From: Pedosphaera sp.
Lineage (GTDB): Bacteria; Verrucomicrobiota; Verrucomicrobiia; Limisphaerales; SIBH01
DNA length: 17,619 bases
Reading direction: 5' to 3'
NCBI GenBank assembly: GCA_031414955.1
Contig: JANOQV010000010.1
Span: forward strand, 1 to 17,619
Shown: one piece after another, positions 7,500 through 16,186 of the stretch
Layout: the number at the start of each line of letters is the position of its first letter
How positions within the stretch are numbered: position 1 is the first letter of the stretch
Notes under the pieces: generated by a model
Databases searched by the model: none
What the model was told of the DNA's origin: nothing
What the model saw: the letters and a program-made list of their open reading frames with translations, nothing else
Program-made: the position numbers and the translations under genes

Positions 7500-10400
7500 T
7501 TAAGGCTCCGCCGATTTCAGACCCATGGCGGACGGGGTGGCCACCACTTCCTTCGCGCCCTGGACAATCTCCTGCTCGGTGGTGCGTCCGCCGGGCCAGC
7601 GGATGGAAAGGGCGCTGGGCCTTGCGCGCAGGCCGAGCACGGTGGTGGCGCTGTCCTGGGACCAGTAGCCGGAGCCGGCGTGGATTTCGCGGGCCGGTCC
7701 CCAACCGTCGGCATACTTCAATCGCACGACGGTGCCGAGGCCGTCGGGGTTGCCCCCGGGTCCGGCCAAACGCACGCGCAGGCCCGGGCGGGCGCGGAGG
7801 TTTTGGTAGAGCCGGGTCGGCGCGCCGTTTTGCGTGACCACGAGATCGATGCGGCCATCGTGATCGAAGTCGGCCAGCGCCGCGCCGCGTTGTTCGCCGT
7901 AAATTTTGATCCCGGATTCCTGGCCGGGGACGGGCGTCAAATTTCCTTTTCCATCACCGCGCAGCCAGAGGCCGCGTCCGGCGTCGAGACGCTGTTCCTC
8001 GCTGCGGAAGGCGAAGAAATTCTGGCTGAGGAAAATGTCCTCGTGTCCGTCGCCGTCGAGGTCGGCCACGTTCACAGCGAAAACCGGGGCCAGTTGCGCC
8101 TCGAAGGGCAGCGTCCTGGCTTCGAACTTCCCTTTGCGGTTGAGGAACACGGTCGACGCCAGCGTGGTGGCGGTGACTTCCTTCGTGGCGGCGGCGCGCC
8201 CGCGCAGCATGTCGCTGATGGTGGCGCGGCTCCAGGCGAGGTGCGTGGGAAATTGCTGCGCGACGAAAGGCATCGACGGCTGAACGATCTCGCGCAAATG
8301 GCGCGGCGCGGGCTGGCGGCGCACGGGATCAAACTCCGCTTCGAGAAGGTCCACCACGCCGCGCCCGGCGAGGTCGCCGTAGTAGAGCCGCAACGGCTGC
8401 CCGGGCGCGGCCTGGTAATGACTGTTGAGTCCCCAGTTGCCGGCGATGATGTCGAGCCGCCCGTCACCATCGAGATCGCCGGTGGTCACGCCGTTCCACA
8501 AGCCGGTGTGTTCGGCCAGTCCACACTCGCGCGTGGCCTCGGTGAGTTTGCCAGCTTGGTTGCGGAAGACGCGCACTGGTCCCCACTCGCAGGCCAGCAC
8601 CAGTTCGGGAAAACCGTCGCCATCGAGATCGCTCCAGACCGCACCGTTGACGAGGCCGATGTCGCGGAACGTGCGCGTGGCTTCGTCGTCGAGTTTCCAC
8701 TGGCCATTGTTCTGGCGGAAAAGCAGCGAACTGGCGGCGAGCGGATATTTTCCCGGCACGACTTGTCCGCCGACGAACAAATCCAAATCGCCATCGCCGT
8801 CGAGATCGGTCAGCGCCATCGGGCCGACGCTCGAGGTGTGTCCGGGGAAAGAAGTGGCATCGAGCGACCGTGCGGCAAAGTCGTAGGTCGCGACACAACT
8901 CTTCGTCGCATCTCCGTCTTCGTAACTGGACTGGCCGACGAGCAGACGCGTGTGGCCCGCACCAAGGTTCGCGCCCAGCACCGTGGTTTGATCGCGCGGC
9001 GCGAGGGCATCGAACGGCGGTGCGCTCAGGCGCTCGAAACTTTTTCCGCCCTTGTTCAACAACACCGCAAGTTGTCCGCCCTGGCCGGAACCAATGATGA
9101 GGTCTTCCCAGCCGTCGCTGTTCACGTCGAACCACGCGACGCCGGGGCCGTTCTGACTGAGCTTGCGCGGCAGAAGTGGCTGGCGCTCGAAATCATTGAA
9201 CGGCTCCTCGTGATGCGTATGCGAGAGGAGTTGGCTCACGTCGGTGAAGTAGGGTTTGGGGTCTGGGGTCTGGGGTTTGGGGTTGGTCGCGGCGGAGGCC
9301 TCGTTGATTTCGTAGAGATGATTCGGCCCGACGTTGGTGATGAAGGTGCGCGCGCCGTTGCGCCAGGTGACGGCGATGCTCAAGCCCTGCGTGGCCCGGC
9401 TCGGCGCAAACACGCGCAACGGATCGGAGCCGGCCATGTAGCTGCCGCCGGAGACCACTTCGCTCTTTTGATTCGGCACCGCCGCGCCGAGCAGTTCGAT
9501 GCACGCACCAATGGCCTGCGTGTTCGGCGACTTGCCGACCAAGCGCACGGCCACACGCGGAGCGGTCGAGTCGTTGCGAAAAATGGCCGCCGCCGCACCG
9601 AGCCGGTTCACGACCAGATCGAGATCACCGTCGCCATCGAGATCGGCAAGGGCGAGACCGTGATTCACGCCGGGCACGTCGAGGCCCCACGCGCCGGTCA
9701 GTTCCTCGAAACGCAGATCGCCGCGATTGCGATAGGCGACAATGGGCGCGTTGAGCGGCGGATAGAATTTGCTGTGCGCACGTTTTGTTTCCACGAAGGC
9801 CTTCTTCCGCGCCGCCTCGTCGGTGAGGCGCTGCCAGTCGCCGGGGATGGTCTTGAGCTTTTCCAACGTGTCGAGGTCCTGAATGTCGCGGAGGTGACCG
9901 GGCGTGATGAGCAGGTCGTCGTAGCCGTCGAGGTCCACGTCAAGGAAGGCCGGCGACCACGCCCACTCGCTCGCGACCACGCCGGCGGCGCAGGCGATCT
10001 CGGCGAAGGTGCCGTCGCCGCGATTGAGGAAGAGCGTGTTCTGCGGCGTCTGCGGACGGTTCTCGATCTCGCCGAGGCGCGTGGGCACCGGACGGCGCGC
10101 AACCATCTGGCGTTTGCGCAGCTCGAGGCTGCGACTCAACATGTCCACGACGAAGAAGTCGGGGAAGCCGTCGCGGTTAATGTCGGAAAAATCCGCCCCC
10201 ATCGAACTCGCGCTGGTCTTGCGCAACGCGAGCGGTTCGGCGGCGCGGAAACGCCCGTCGCCCGTGTTGAACCAGAAGCGGTCCGGCGTCCAGTAGTCGT
10301 TGCACACATAGAGGTCGGGCGCGCCGTCGCCGTTGAGGTCGCGAAACGTCGCCGTGAGTCCCCAGTCGAGCGGCGCGCTGGCCAGCGGTTTCCCCGCCGC

Positions 10401-11213
10401 GTCGAGGAAGGCGCCATTCGTCCACGACACGGCTTTGAAATGTCCGCGTCCGTCGTTGAGGTAAAGAAGGTCCGGCTCGCCCGACTCCTGAATCTGGCCG
10501 TTCTCCAGCGCGATGCGGTCGCGCAGTTGCGGCGGGATGGTCGGCTTGCGGTTCACGAACATCATCGGGATGCGCGGCCAGTCGCGGATGTCCTCGGTGC
10601 GGTTGTTGGCCACGTAAAGATCGAGCGTGCCGTTGCCGTCGATGTCGGCCAGCGCGAGCGTCTCGGTGGCGTAGGGACTGGCTGTGCCGGCGGCCGCCGT
10701 GGCGTCGGAGAATTTGCCGTGGCCGTCGTTGAGAAAACATCGCACCCCGGCGCTCGCGGTGCCGACGAGCAAGTCCAGCGCGCCGTCGCCGTTCACGTCG
10801 GCAAAGACCGCGCCGCGATAGAAGCCGGGCTGGAACTTGAGGCCGGATTTTTCCGTGACGTCCTCGAAGCGCCACGGGCCGAGATTGCGGAAAAGTTTAT
10901 TGGCGCTGCTCAGGCCGCAGAAGAACAAGTCCACGCGCCCGTCGCCGTCGAAGTCGCCCGCCGCCACGCCCGAGCCGTTGTTGAGCACGCGGTTTTCCGC
11001 GCCGGCCAGTTCGTCGAGCGTGTTGGTGAAGAGGATGCCGGTCTGCGCGGGCGAGAGGAGGGTAAAGCCGGTCTGGCCGGTGGCGGGCACGCTGAGTTCG
11101 ATGACGCGGGCGCCCTGGTTGGGGCTGAGCGACTCGTCCGCGCCCGACGCGGGATTCGTCGCCGCCAAGATCGTCCACCAAACGATGATTCCGAGAATGA
11201 CAGAGCGCATCAT
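7500..11213 (-). CDS. Secreted FG-GAP/VCBS repeat protein with two ASPIC/UnbV modules (CRTAC1-like)
   Basis: Signal peptide and many DxDGDGxxD Ca-binding loops. Two UnbV-type segments: 'NTQAIGACI...GGSYMAGS...VTWRNG' and 'NPDGLGTVV...GSGYWSQD...IRWPGG'. Confidence 0.9.
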   Translation of the reverse strand: MMRSVILGIIVWWTILAATNPASGADESLSPNQGARVIELSVPATGQTGFTLLSPAQTGILFTNTLDELAGAENRVLNNGSGVAAGDFDGDGRVDLFFCGLSSANKLFRNLGPWRFEDVTEKSGLKFQPGFYRGAVFADVNGDGALDLLVGTASAGVRCFLNDGHGKFSDATAAAGTASPYATETLALADIDGNGTLDLYVANNRTEDIRDWPRIPMMFVNRKPTIPPQLRDRIALENGQIQESGEPDLLYLNDGRGHFKAVSWTNGAFLDAAGKPLASAPLDWGLTATFRDLNGDGAPDLYVCNDYWTPDRFWFNTGDGRFRAAEPLALRKTSASSMGADFSDINRDGFPDFFVVDMLSRSLELRKRQMVARRPVPTRLGEIENRPQTPQNTLFLNRGDGTFAEIACAAGVVASEWAWSPAFLDVDLDGYDDLLITPGHLRDIQDLDTLEKLKTIPGDWQRLTDEAARKKAFVETKRAHSKFYPPLNAPIVAYRNRGDLRFEELTGAWGLDVPGVNHGLALADLDGDGDLDLVVNRLGAAAAIFRNDSTAPRVAVRLVGKSPNTQAIGACIELLGAAVPNQKSEVVSGGSYMAGSDPLRVFAPSRATQGLSIAVTWRNGARTFITNVGPNHLYEINEASAATNPKPQTPDPKPYFTDVSQLLSHTHHEEPFNDFERQPLLPRKLSQNGPGVAWFDVNSDGWEDLIIGSGQGGQLAVLLNKGGKSFERLSAPPFDALAPRDQTTVLGANLGAGHTRLLVGQSSYEDGDATKSCVATYDFAARSLDATSFPGHTSSVGPMALTDLDGDGDLDLFVGGQVVPGKYPLAASSLLFRQNNGQWKLDDEATRTFRDIGLVNGAVWSDLDGDGFPELVLACEWGPVRVFRNQAGKLTEATRECGLAEHTGLWNGVTTGDLDGDGRLDIIAGNWGLNSHYQAAPGQPLRLYYGDLAGRGVVDLLEAEFDPVRRQPAPRHLREIVQPSMPFVAQQFPTHLAWSRATISDMLRGRAAATKEVTATTLASTVFLNRKGKFEARTLPFEAQLAPVFAVNVADLDGDGHEDIFLSQNFFAFRSEEQRLDAGRGLWLRGDGKGNLTPVPGQESGIKIYGEQRGAALADFDHDGRIDLVVTQNGAPTRLYQNLRARPGLRVRLAGPGGNPDGLGTVVRLKYADGWGPAREIHAGSGYWSQDSATTVLGLRARPSALSIRWPGGRTTEQEIVQGAKEVVATPSAMGLKSAEP
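9252..9286. repeat. Heptamer tandem repeat GGGT(T/C)TG x4-5 encoding linker PKPQTPDPKP
   Basis: GGGTTTG GGGTCTG GGGTCTG GGGTTTG GGGTTGG at the junction between the two modules. Confidence 0.75.
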
Positions 11214-11449
11214 GTTGTTGCCGGTTCGGATGAGTCGGTCCTGAGCGTAGGGAAAGGAAGGGGCGCCGGAAACGACTCTTTTGCGCGGAGGGCGGCGCGG
11301 CGGCGCGGGGTTTCGAGCGGGGCATGGCCAGCCGAGTCCTCCAGCCCGCGCGCTGCCGGAGCGACCACCGGGCCGGAGCGCGCCGCAATCGCGCCCGCCC
11401 GCGACACAGCAGTTGCTTTTCTCACCGCAGGTAAGTACCCGTTCGCGCG

Positions 11450-12862
11450 ATGAAGTTCTCCAGCAGCGTGATTCTGGCCGGCTTGTTCGCGAGCCAGACG
11501 TTCGCGGCGGACCCGCCCATCTGGCGCGGGCCGATCTGTGGCGCGGTCACGGACCACTCGGCCTGGGTGAAAGCCAAGCTGCGTTACCGCGGGGCCAGCG
11601 CCCGGCTGATCGTAAGCCGGAGCGTTGATCTGGCCGAGCCGAGCTACTTCGGGCCGATGACGGCGCTGGTGGACCGGGGCAACATGGTGGAGTTCCGCGC
11701 CACGGGGCTGGAGCCGGGCACGCGCTACTTTTACGCGCTGGAGGTGAACGGCGTGGTGCAGACCAACTGGCTCAGCATGTTCGGAACTTTCCCGCCCGCC
11801 GAGCAGCCCGCCTCCTTTAACTTCGCCCACGGTTCCTGCGCGGAGACCGGTTCGCGCAATCCCGTCTTCGATACCATCCGCCTGCTGCGCCCGCTCTTCT
11901 TCTTGAACACCGGCGACTTCCACTACCTCAACATCACGAGCAATGCGCTGGTCAAGTTCCGTCTGGCCTACGACCAGGTGCTGGCCTCGCCGCAGCAGGC
12001 GCTGCTCTACCGTTCCACCCCGCTGGTCTATGTGTGGGACGACCACGACTTCGCCGGGAACAACAGCGACCGGCGCGCGCCGTCGCATCGGGCCGCGCGG
12101 CACGTCTATGAGGAGTATGTGCCCCACTACACCATGCCGGCCGGCACCGGGAACGTGCCCATCTACCAGTCTTTCACCGTGGGCCGGGTGAAGTTCATCG
12201 TCACCGATCTCCGCTCCGAGCGGGACGATCCGAAAAGCCCGGACGGCCCGAACAAGTCGATGATGGGGACGCAGCAGAAGGCGTGGTTCAAACGGGAACT
12301 GCTGGCGGCGAAGGGAAAGCATCCGCTGATCTTCTGGGTCAGCTCGGTGCCGTGGATCGGGACGGCGGGTGTGAATTACTATCCGCTTCACGATGGCGTG
12401 CTGGGGTTCATCCATCACACGAACACCGCCTTGTTCAAAAAGGATCCGTCCACGGCGGAGGACGAACGCAAGGCGAGGAACAACGCGGATTTCTGGGGCG
12501 CGTTCGCGCACGAGCGGACGGAAATTGCGAACTTCATCCGGGACAACCAGATCGAGGGTCTATGCATTCTCCACGGCGACGCACACATGCTGGCGGCGGA
12601 TGACGGCCGCCATGGCGATTACGCGACGGGCGGGGGCGCGCGGATTCCGGTGCTGGCCGCCGCGCCGCTCGATCAAACGCCGTCCATCAAAGGTGGGCCG
12701 TATTCACAAGGCATTTACCAATGCCGCAAGGGCGAGGGCTGTTTCGGCTACGTGCAAGTTCGCGACCACGGTGCGCAGATTACGGTGCGTTACAGCGGGC
12801 GCAATTTCCTCAACGAGGAGAAGGTCGCGCTCCAGTTTTCCGTGCCGACGGGGGGCAGGTGA
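11450..12862 (+). CDS. phoD: PhoD-like alkaline phosphatase/phosphodiesterase
   Basis: N-terminal FN3-like part (GLEPGTRYFY), then HGSC, NTGDFHY, VWDDHDF, DLRSER, MMGTQQKAWF and LHGDAH metallophosphoesterase motifs; signal peptide. Confidence 0.9.
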   Translation: MKFSSSVILAGLFASQTFAADPPIWRGPICGAVTDHSAWVKAKLRYRGASARLIVSRSVDLAEPSYFGPMTALVDRGNMVEFRATGLEPGTRYFYALEVNGVVQTNWLSMFGTFPPAEQPASFNFAHGSCAETGSRNPVFDTIRLLRPLFFLNTGDFHYLNITSNALVKFRLAYDQVLASPQQALLYRSTPLVYVWDDHDFAGNNSDRRAPSHRAARHVYEEYVPHYTMPAGTGNVPIYQSFTVGRVKFIVTDLRSERDDPKSPDGPNKSMMGTQQKAWFKRELLAAKGKHPLIFWVSSVPWIGTAGVNYYPLHDGVLGFIHHTNTALFKKDPSTAEDERKARNNADFWGAFAHERTEIANFIRDNQIEGLCILHGDAHMLAADDGRHGDYATGGGARIPVLAAAPLDQTPSIKGGPYSQGIYQCRKGEGCFGYVQVRDHGAQITVRYSGRNFLNEEKVALQFSVPTGGR

Positions 12863-12919
12863 TCAGACTGGCGGTAAACAACCGGACGCGGCGGTGAGGA
12901 CGGCTTCCGCGCGGATCGG

Positions 12920-14671
12920 TTACTGATTCGGCTCGGCCAGAATTTTGCCGCGCCGGGAGTGGTAATCCGCCGGGGTCATTTCATCGCGACGATACTTTTC
13001 CAGCAACTCCGCCAGCCGTTGATTCTTGGATTTAGGCAGCTTGGACTCGGGGGCGGGGCCAATCGGTGGCAGCGGTTTGCCAAGACCCAGCTTGGCGGCG
13101 CGTTTCTCCTCGTCGCGGCGCTGCTTCTCCACCGCCGCCTGGGCTTTGCGCTGCTGCTCGGCCTTGGCTTCAGCCTCCTTTTGGGCTTGGCGGGCTTCGG
13201 GCGTGACCGCCGGGGCGGCGGTGGCGGCCGGAGCTTTGTCGAGACCCTTGCGGAGCGCCCCCCGAGCAGCGGCGTCATCCGTGGCCGGCGGAGTGGTGGT
13301 GACGATCGGGGTAGCCTTGGTTTCCACCGGAGTGGTCACTACGGTGGGTTTGACCGGAGGCTGTTTCGCGGCAGCAGCTTCAGCGGCCTTGGCCTTGGCC
13401 GCATCCTCATGGGCGCGCAACTTCGCCGTCTTTTTGGCCTCGGCAATTCGCAGTTCCTCGGCAGCGGCGGCCGCTTGGGCCATGTCCGCAGCTTCTTTGG
13501 CCTTCACTTTCGCGGCTTTTTTCTCCTCGGCAATTCGACGTTCTTCCGCCGCGGCGGCGGATTTCTTGGCCTCCTTGAGGCGGGCTTCTTCGGCCTTGCG
13601 CGCCTTGTCCGCCGCCTTGGGATCGGCGGTGGCAACGGGGGCGACGGCGGGCTTGGCCGCGGCTTCATCCAAAGCTTTACGGAGCGCGTCGCGGCTGGCG
13701 GGGTTCTGCTGCGGAGCGGCGACGGGCGCAGCTTCGGCGGGAGGCGGAGTCTTGACCACGAGCGGCGCAGGGGCGACAGGCGGAGCCTTGGGTTGGGCGG
13801 CGGCGGCGGCCGCAGCTTTCTGCGCGTCCGCCTTGGCCTTTTCATCCACGCGCTTCAATTCTTCGAGCTGCTTCTTCTGTTCGGCGGCGAGGCGCTTGGC
13901 TTCCTCCGCTTTGGCCGCCGTCATCTTCTTCTCGGCGGCGAGCCGCTTTTCCTCGGCGGCGAGACGTTCTTTTTCCGCAGCCACCTTGGCTTGCTGATCG
14001 AGCTTGGCTTTGGCTTCGGTGGCTTTCTTTTCCTCGACCAGGCGCTTCTCCTCGGCACGACGACGGATGTCGGCTTCTTCCTTCTGGATGGCGAGGCGCT
14101 GTTCCTCATCGGCGAGGCGCTTCTTTTCGGCGGCGGCTTTAAGCTTCTTCTCCTCCTTGGCCTTGGCTTCAGCAAGTTTGGCTTCCGCAGCCAGGCGTTT
14201 TTCCTCGGCTCGGCGTTTTTCGTCGGCCAGCTTGCGTTGCTCCTCCAGGCGCTGTTCCTCGGCGGCAAGACGCGCTTTTTCAGCATTGGCTTTGGCCTTG
14301 GTGGCTGCTTCCTGGGCTTTCTTCTCCAGGCTGGCCTTGGCGGCGGCGGCTTTCTGCTCATCGGCCAGACGTTTGGCGGAGGCTTTCTCAGCTTCTACCG
14401 CTTGGGCTTTGGCCTGGGCGGCGGCTTCTTTGACGGTCTTATCCGCAGCCTTGGCCTCACCCGCGGGCAGGTTCTCCGCCGGAGGAGGAGGAGCGGGTTT
14501 GGTGGCCTTGGCCGGCTTGGCCGCTTTCCCCTCGGGGTAGGGTTCGGCTTCGAGGGCTTTGCGCAATGCTTCGGCGGCCTGCTTCTTCTGCTCGGGTGTC
14601 TGTTGCGCGCACACCTGGCTCACGCCCATCGCGGCAATGCAAATCCACAGACACAACTGGAGAAATTTCAT
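12920..14671 (-). CDS. Exported Ala/Lys/Glu-rich coiled-coil protein (TolA-like composition) with SHOCT-like C-terminus
   Basis: Signal peptide MKFLQLCLWICIAAMGVSQVCA; repeated 'EEKRLAAE' helical units; Pro-rich linkers; C-terminal 'KNQRLAELLEKYRRDEMTPADYHSRRGKIL'. Confidence 0.8.
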   Translation of the reverse strand: MKFLQLCLWICIAAMGVSQVCAQQTPEQKKQAAEALRKALEAEPYPEGKAAKPAKATKPAPPPPAENLPAGEAKAADKTVKEAAAQAKAQAVEAEKASAKRLADEQKAAAAKASLEKKAQEAATKAKANAEKARLAAEEQRLEEQRKLADEKRRAEEKRLAAEAKLAEAKAKEEKKLKAAAEKKRLADEEQRLAIQKEEADIRRRAEEKRLVEEKKATEAKAKLDQQAKVAAEKERLAAEEKRLAAEKKMTAAKAEEAKRLAAEQKKQLEELKRVDEKAKADAQKAAAAAAAQPKAPPVAPAPLVVKTPPPAEAAPVAAPQQNPASRDALRKALDEAAAKPAVAPVATADPKAADKARKAEEARLKEAKKSAAAAEERRIAEEKKAAKVKAKEAADMAQAAAAAEELRIAEAKKTAKLRAHEDAAKAKAAEAAAAKQPPVKPTVVTTPVETKATPIVTTTPPATDDAAARGALRKGLDKAPAATAAPAVTPEARQAQKEAEAKAEQQRKAQAAVEKQRRDEEKRAAKLGLGKPLPPIGPAPESKLPKSKNQRLAELLEKYRRDEMTPADYHSRRGKILAEPNQ

Positions 14672-14680
14672 AGGGCGAGA

Positions 14681-14709
14681 GGATTACTAAACTCGCCCCA
14701 GCGAGGCAA
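14681..14709 (-). promoter_or_regulatory. Putative sigma70 promoter of the coiled-coil protein gene
   Basis: Minus strand TTGCCT(14709-14704)-17 nt-TAATCC(14686-14681)-9 nt-ATG. Confidence 0.45.
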
Positions 14710-14851
14710 CTGGATTAACCAGCGCAGACACATCTTATTTTGGCGGCGCTTTAGAACTGGTCCGCTTGGGGAACTCTTCGTTGCGGCCTCTCGGTCCGCG
14801 CTCTGTCCTTCCAGCGGCGCTCAATTTGGTGTCTCCTTCAATCCTGAACCC

Positions 14852-15427
14852 ATGACCAATGAGCATGAACCTCGACTGGCTCCGCCCGGCGCGGGGCTGC
14901 CGGGGCCGGAAATGATTTTCGGCCGCGCGGTCTTTAGCGGAGTGCGGCTGATCTGGTCGCGCACCGCAGCGTTGCAACGGTTTGCGCACCAGGCCCGGAG
15001 CCTCGCCGCTTTGTGGCAGGAGTTGGACGACGACACAGGTTCACGCCGCGTTCTGGTGCCGCGCCTGATGGGTCTGGAGGACAGCAGCCGTTACTGGTCG
15101 CCCTTCATGATCGCGCAGCATCTCTTCATCGTGAACCGCGACGCGCTGGCGATCATGGAGGCGCTGTGTGCCGGACAAGTGCCGGCGGGCGAAGTCCGCA
15201 TGGCGAACATCAAACCCTCACCGGAGGCAGATCGGACTGCGGTCATGGATTTTTGCACCATCGTCGCGGAGTATGATCGCCGTGTGTCGCGTCTCGACGG
15301 CTGGCCTGGCGCGGGCCGTCACCGTCATCCGTGGTTTGGTCCGTTGAACGCGCACGGCTGGCTGTGTATGACGGCCATGCATCATGGCATCCACCGACGG
15401 CAGCTTGAACGCGTCCTAGCCGGGTGA
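14852..15427 (+). CDS. DinB/DinB_2-family four-helix metalloprotein
   Basis: 3' part of ORF 12959..15427 from ATG 14852. 'WSPFMIAQHL' and 'HPWFGPLNAHGWLCMTAMHHGIHRRQL' give the DinB His triad pattern. Confidence 0.85.
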   Translation: MTNEHEPRLAPPGAGLPGPEMIFGRAVFSGVRLIWSRTAALQRFAHQARSLAALWQELDDDTGSRRVLVPRLMGLEDSSRYWSPFMIAQHLFIVNRDALAIMEALCAGQVPAGEVRMANIKPSPEADRTAVMDFCTIVAEYDRRVSRLDGWPGAGRHRHPWFGPLNAHGWLCMTAMHHGIHRRQLERVLAG

Positions 15428-15451
15428 GCGGCGCTCCCGCCCGGTGCTCCC

Positions 15452-15486
15452 AAGCAAAGTGCCCGCCTGGCAAGCCAGGCGGGCAC
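15452..15486 (-). terminator. Intrinsic terminator between convergent genes
   Basis: Perfect inverted repeat GTGCCCGCCTGGC-AA-GCCAGGCGGGCAC (15459-15486), followed on the minus strand by TTTGCTT. Confidence 0.8.
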
Positions 15487-15511
15487 AGCGAAAACGGATG
15501 CGGGCTTGAGG

Positions 15512-15997
15512 TTATTTCTTCTCGGCCGCTTCCCGCGTGGCGGTCCAGTCGATGGGCATGGGTTCGGCGCCATCGCGGCCGGGCCGTTCCATTTTGCCCG
15601 TGATCTTGTCGCCTTCGACCTTGCCGTGGTACTTGATGACGACGGCGTTGCCATTGAACTCGCGCTTCACGCTGAAGGAGATTTCGTCGCCCTTGATCTT
15701 GCCGTCGGAAATCTCCGTGGGAGTCGGAGCCGGCGCCGCCGCGCCACCGCCACCACCGCCGCGTCCGCCCGCGGGCGCGGTGACCGTGCCGGTGAGTTTC
15801 TCGCCGTCAACCTTGAGGACAAGCGTGGTTTTGCGGGCCGGGGCATTGCCGCCGCCTGCGCCGCCTGCGCCGCCGCGGCCTTGCTGGGTCCAGGACCATG
15901 TGCCGGCGGCCTTGCTGTCGGCGGCCTGGCTGGTGACGGCACCGAGCACGAGGCCCGCGGCCACCAGGAATGAAGTGAACAATGTTTGCGTTCGCAT
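15512..15997 (-). CDS. Small exported beta-barrel-like hypothetical protein with Gly-rich loops
   Basis: Signal peptide; 'AAGTWSW', 'LVLKVDGEKLTGTV', 'ISDGKIKGDEISFSV', 'YHGKVEGDKITG', 'WTATR'; two GGRGGG/GAGG loops. Confidence 0.85.
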   Translation of the reverse strand: MRTQTLFTSFLVAAGLVLGAVTSQAADSKAAGTWSWTQQGRGGAGGAGGGNAPARKTTLVLKVDGEKLTGTVTAPAGGRGGGGGGAAAPAPTPTEISDGKIKGDEISFSVKREFNGNAVVIKYHGKVEGDKITGKMERPGRDGAEPMPIDWTATREAAEKK

Positions 15998-16068
15998 AAT
16001 GATTTAGTTTGTTTTTGCCATTCCAGAATCGCACGACATGTGCAGCCTGGGTGATGAATCCACGCTCC

Positions 16069-16096
16069 AGACGAAGACGTGGGGGAGGGCGTTACA
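16069..16096 (-). promoter_or_regulatory. Putative ECF-sigma promoter for the 161-aa exported protein
   Basis: Minus strand TGTAAC(16096-16091)-17 nt-CGTCT(16073-16069), matching the AAC...CGT ECF pattern. Confidence 0.45.
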
Positions 16097-16186
16097 AAAT
16101 CCTCGGGTGGCCGCCAGTGCACAAGACTCCCCGGTCCGGCGAATTCGCAGTGGAACTTTCCGGGCGACCCGAGTAAAGCTCCCGGC

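Noticed and set aside
7470..11453. 1327-aa plus-strand ORF
   Set aside because: Antisense shadow of the FG-GAP gene, which is common in high-GC DNA; no recognisable motifs.
12959..14851. 5' part of the 822-aa plus-strand ORF fused to DinB
   Set aside because: Leu/Gly/Phe-rich mirror of the Ala/Lys/Glu-rich minus-strand gene; only the part from ATG 14852 looks like a real protein.
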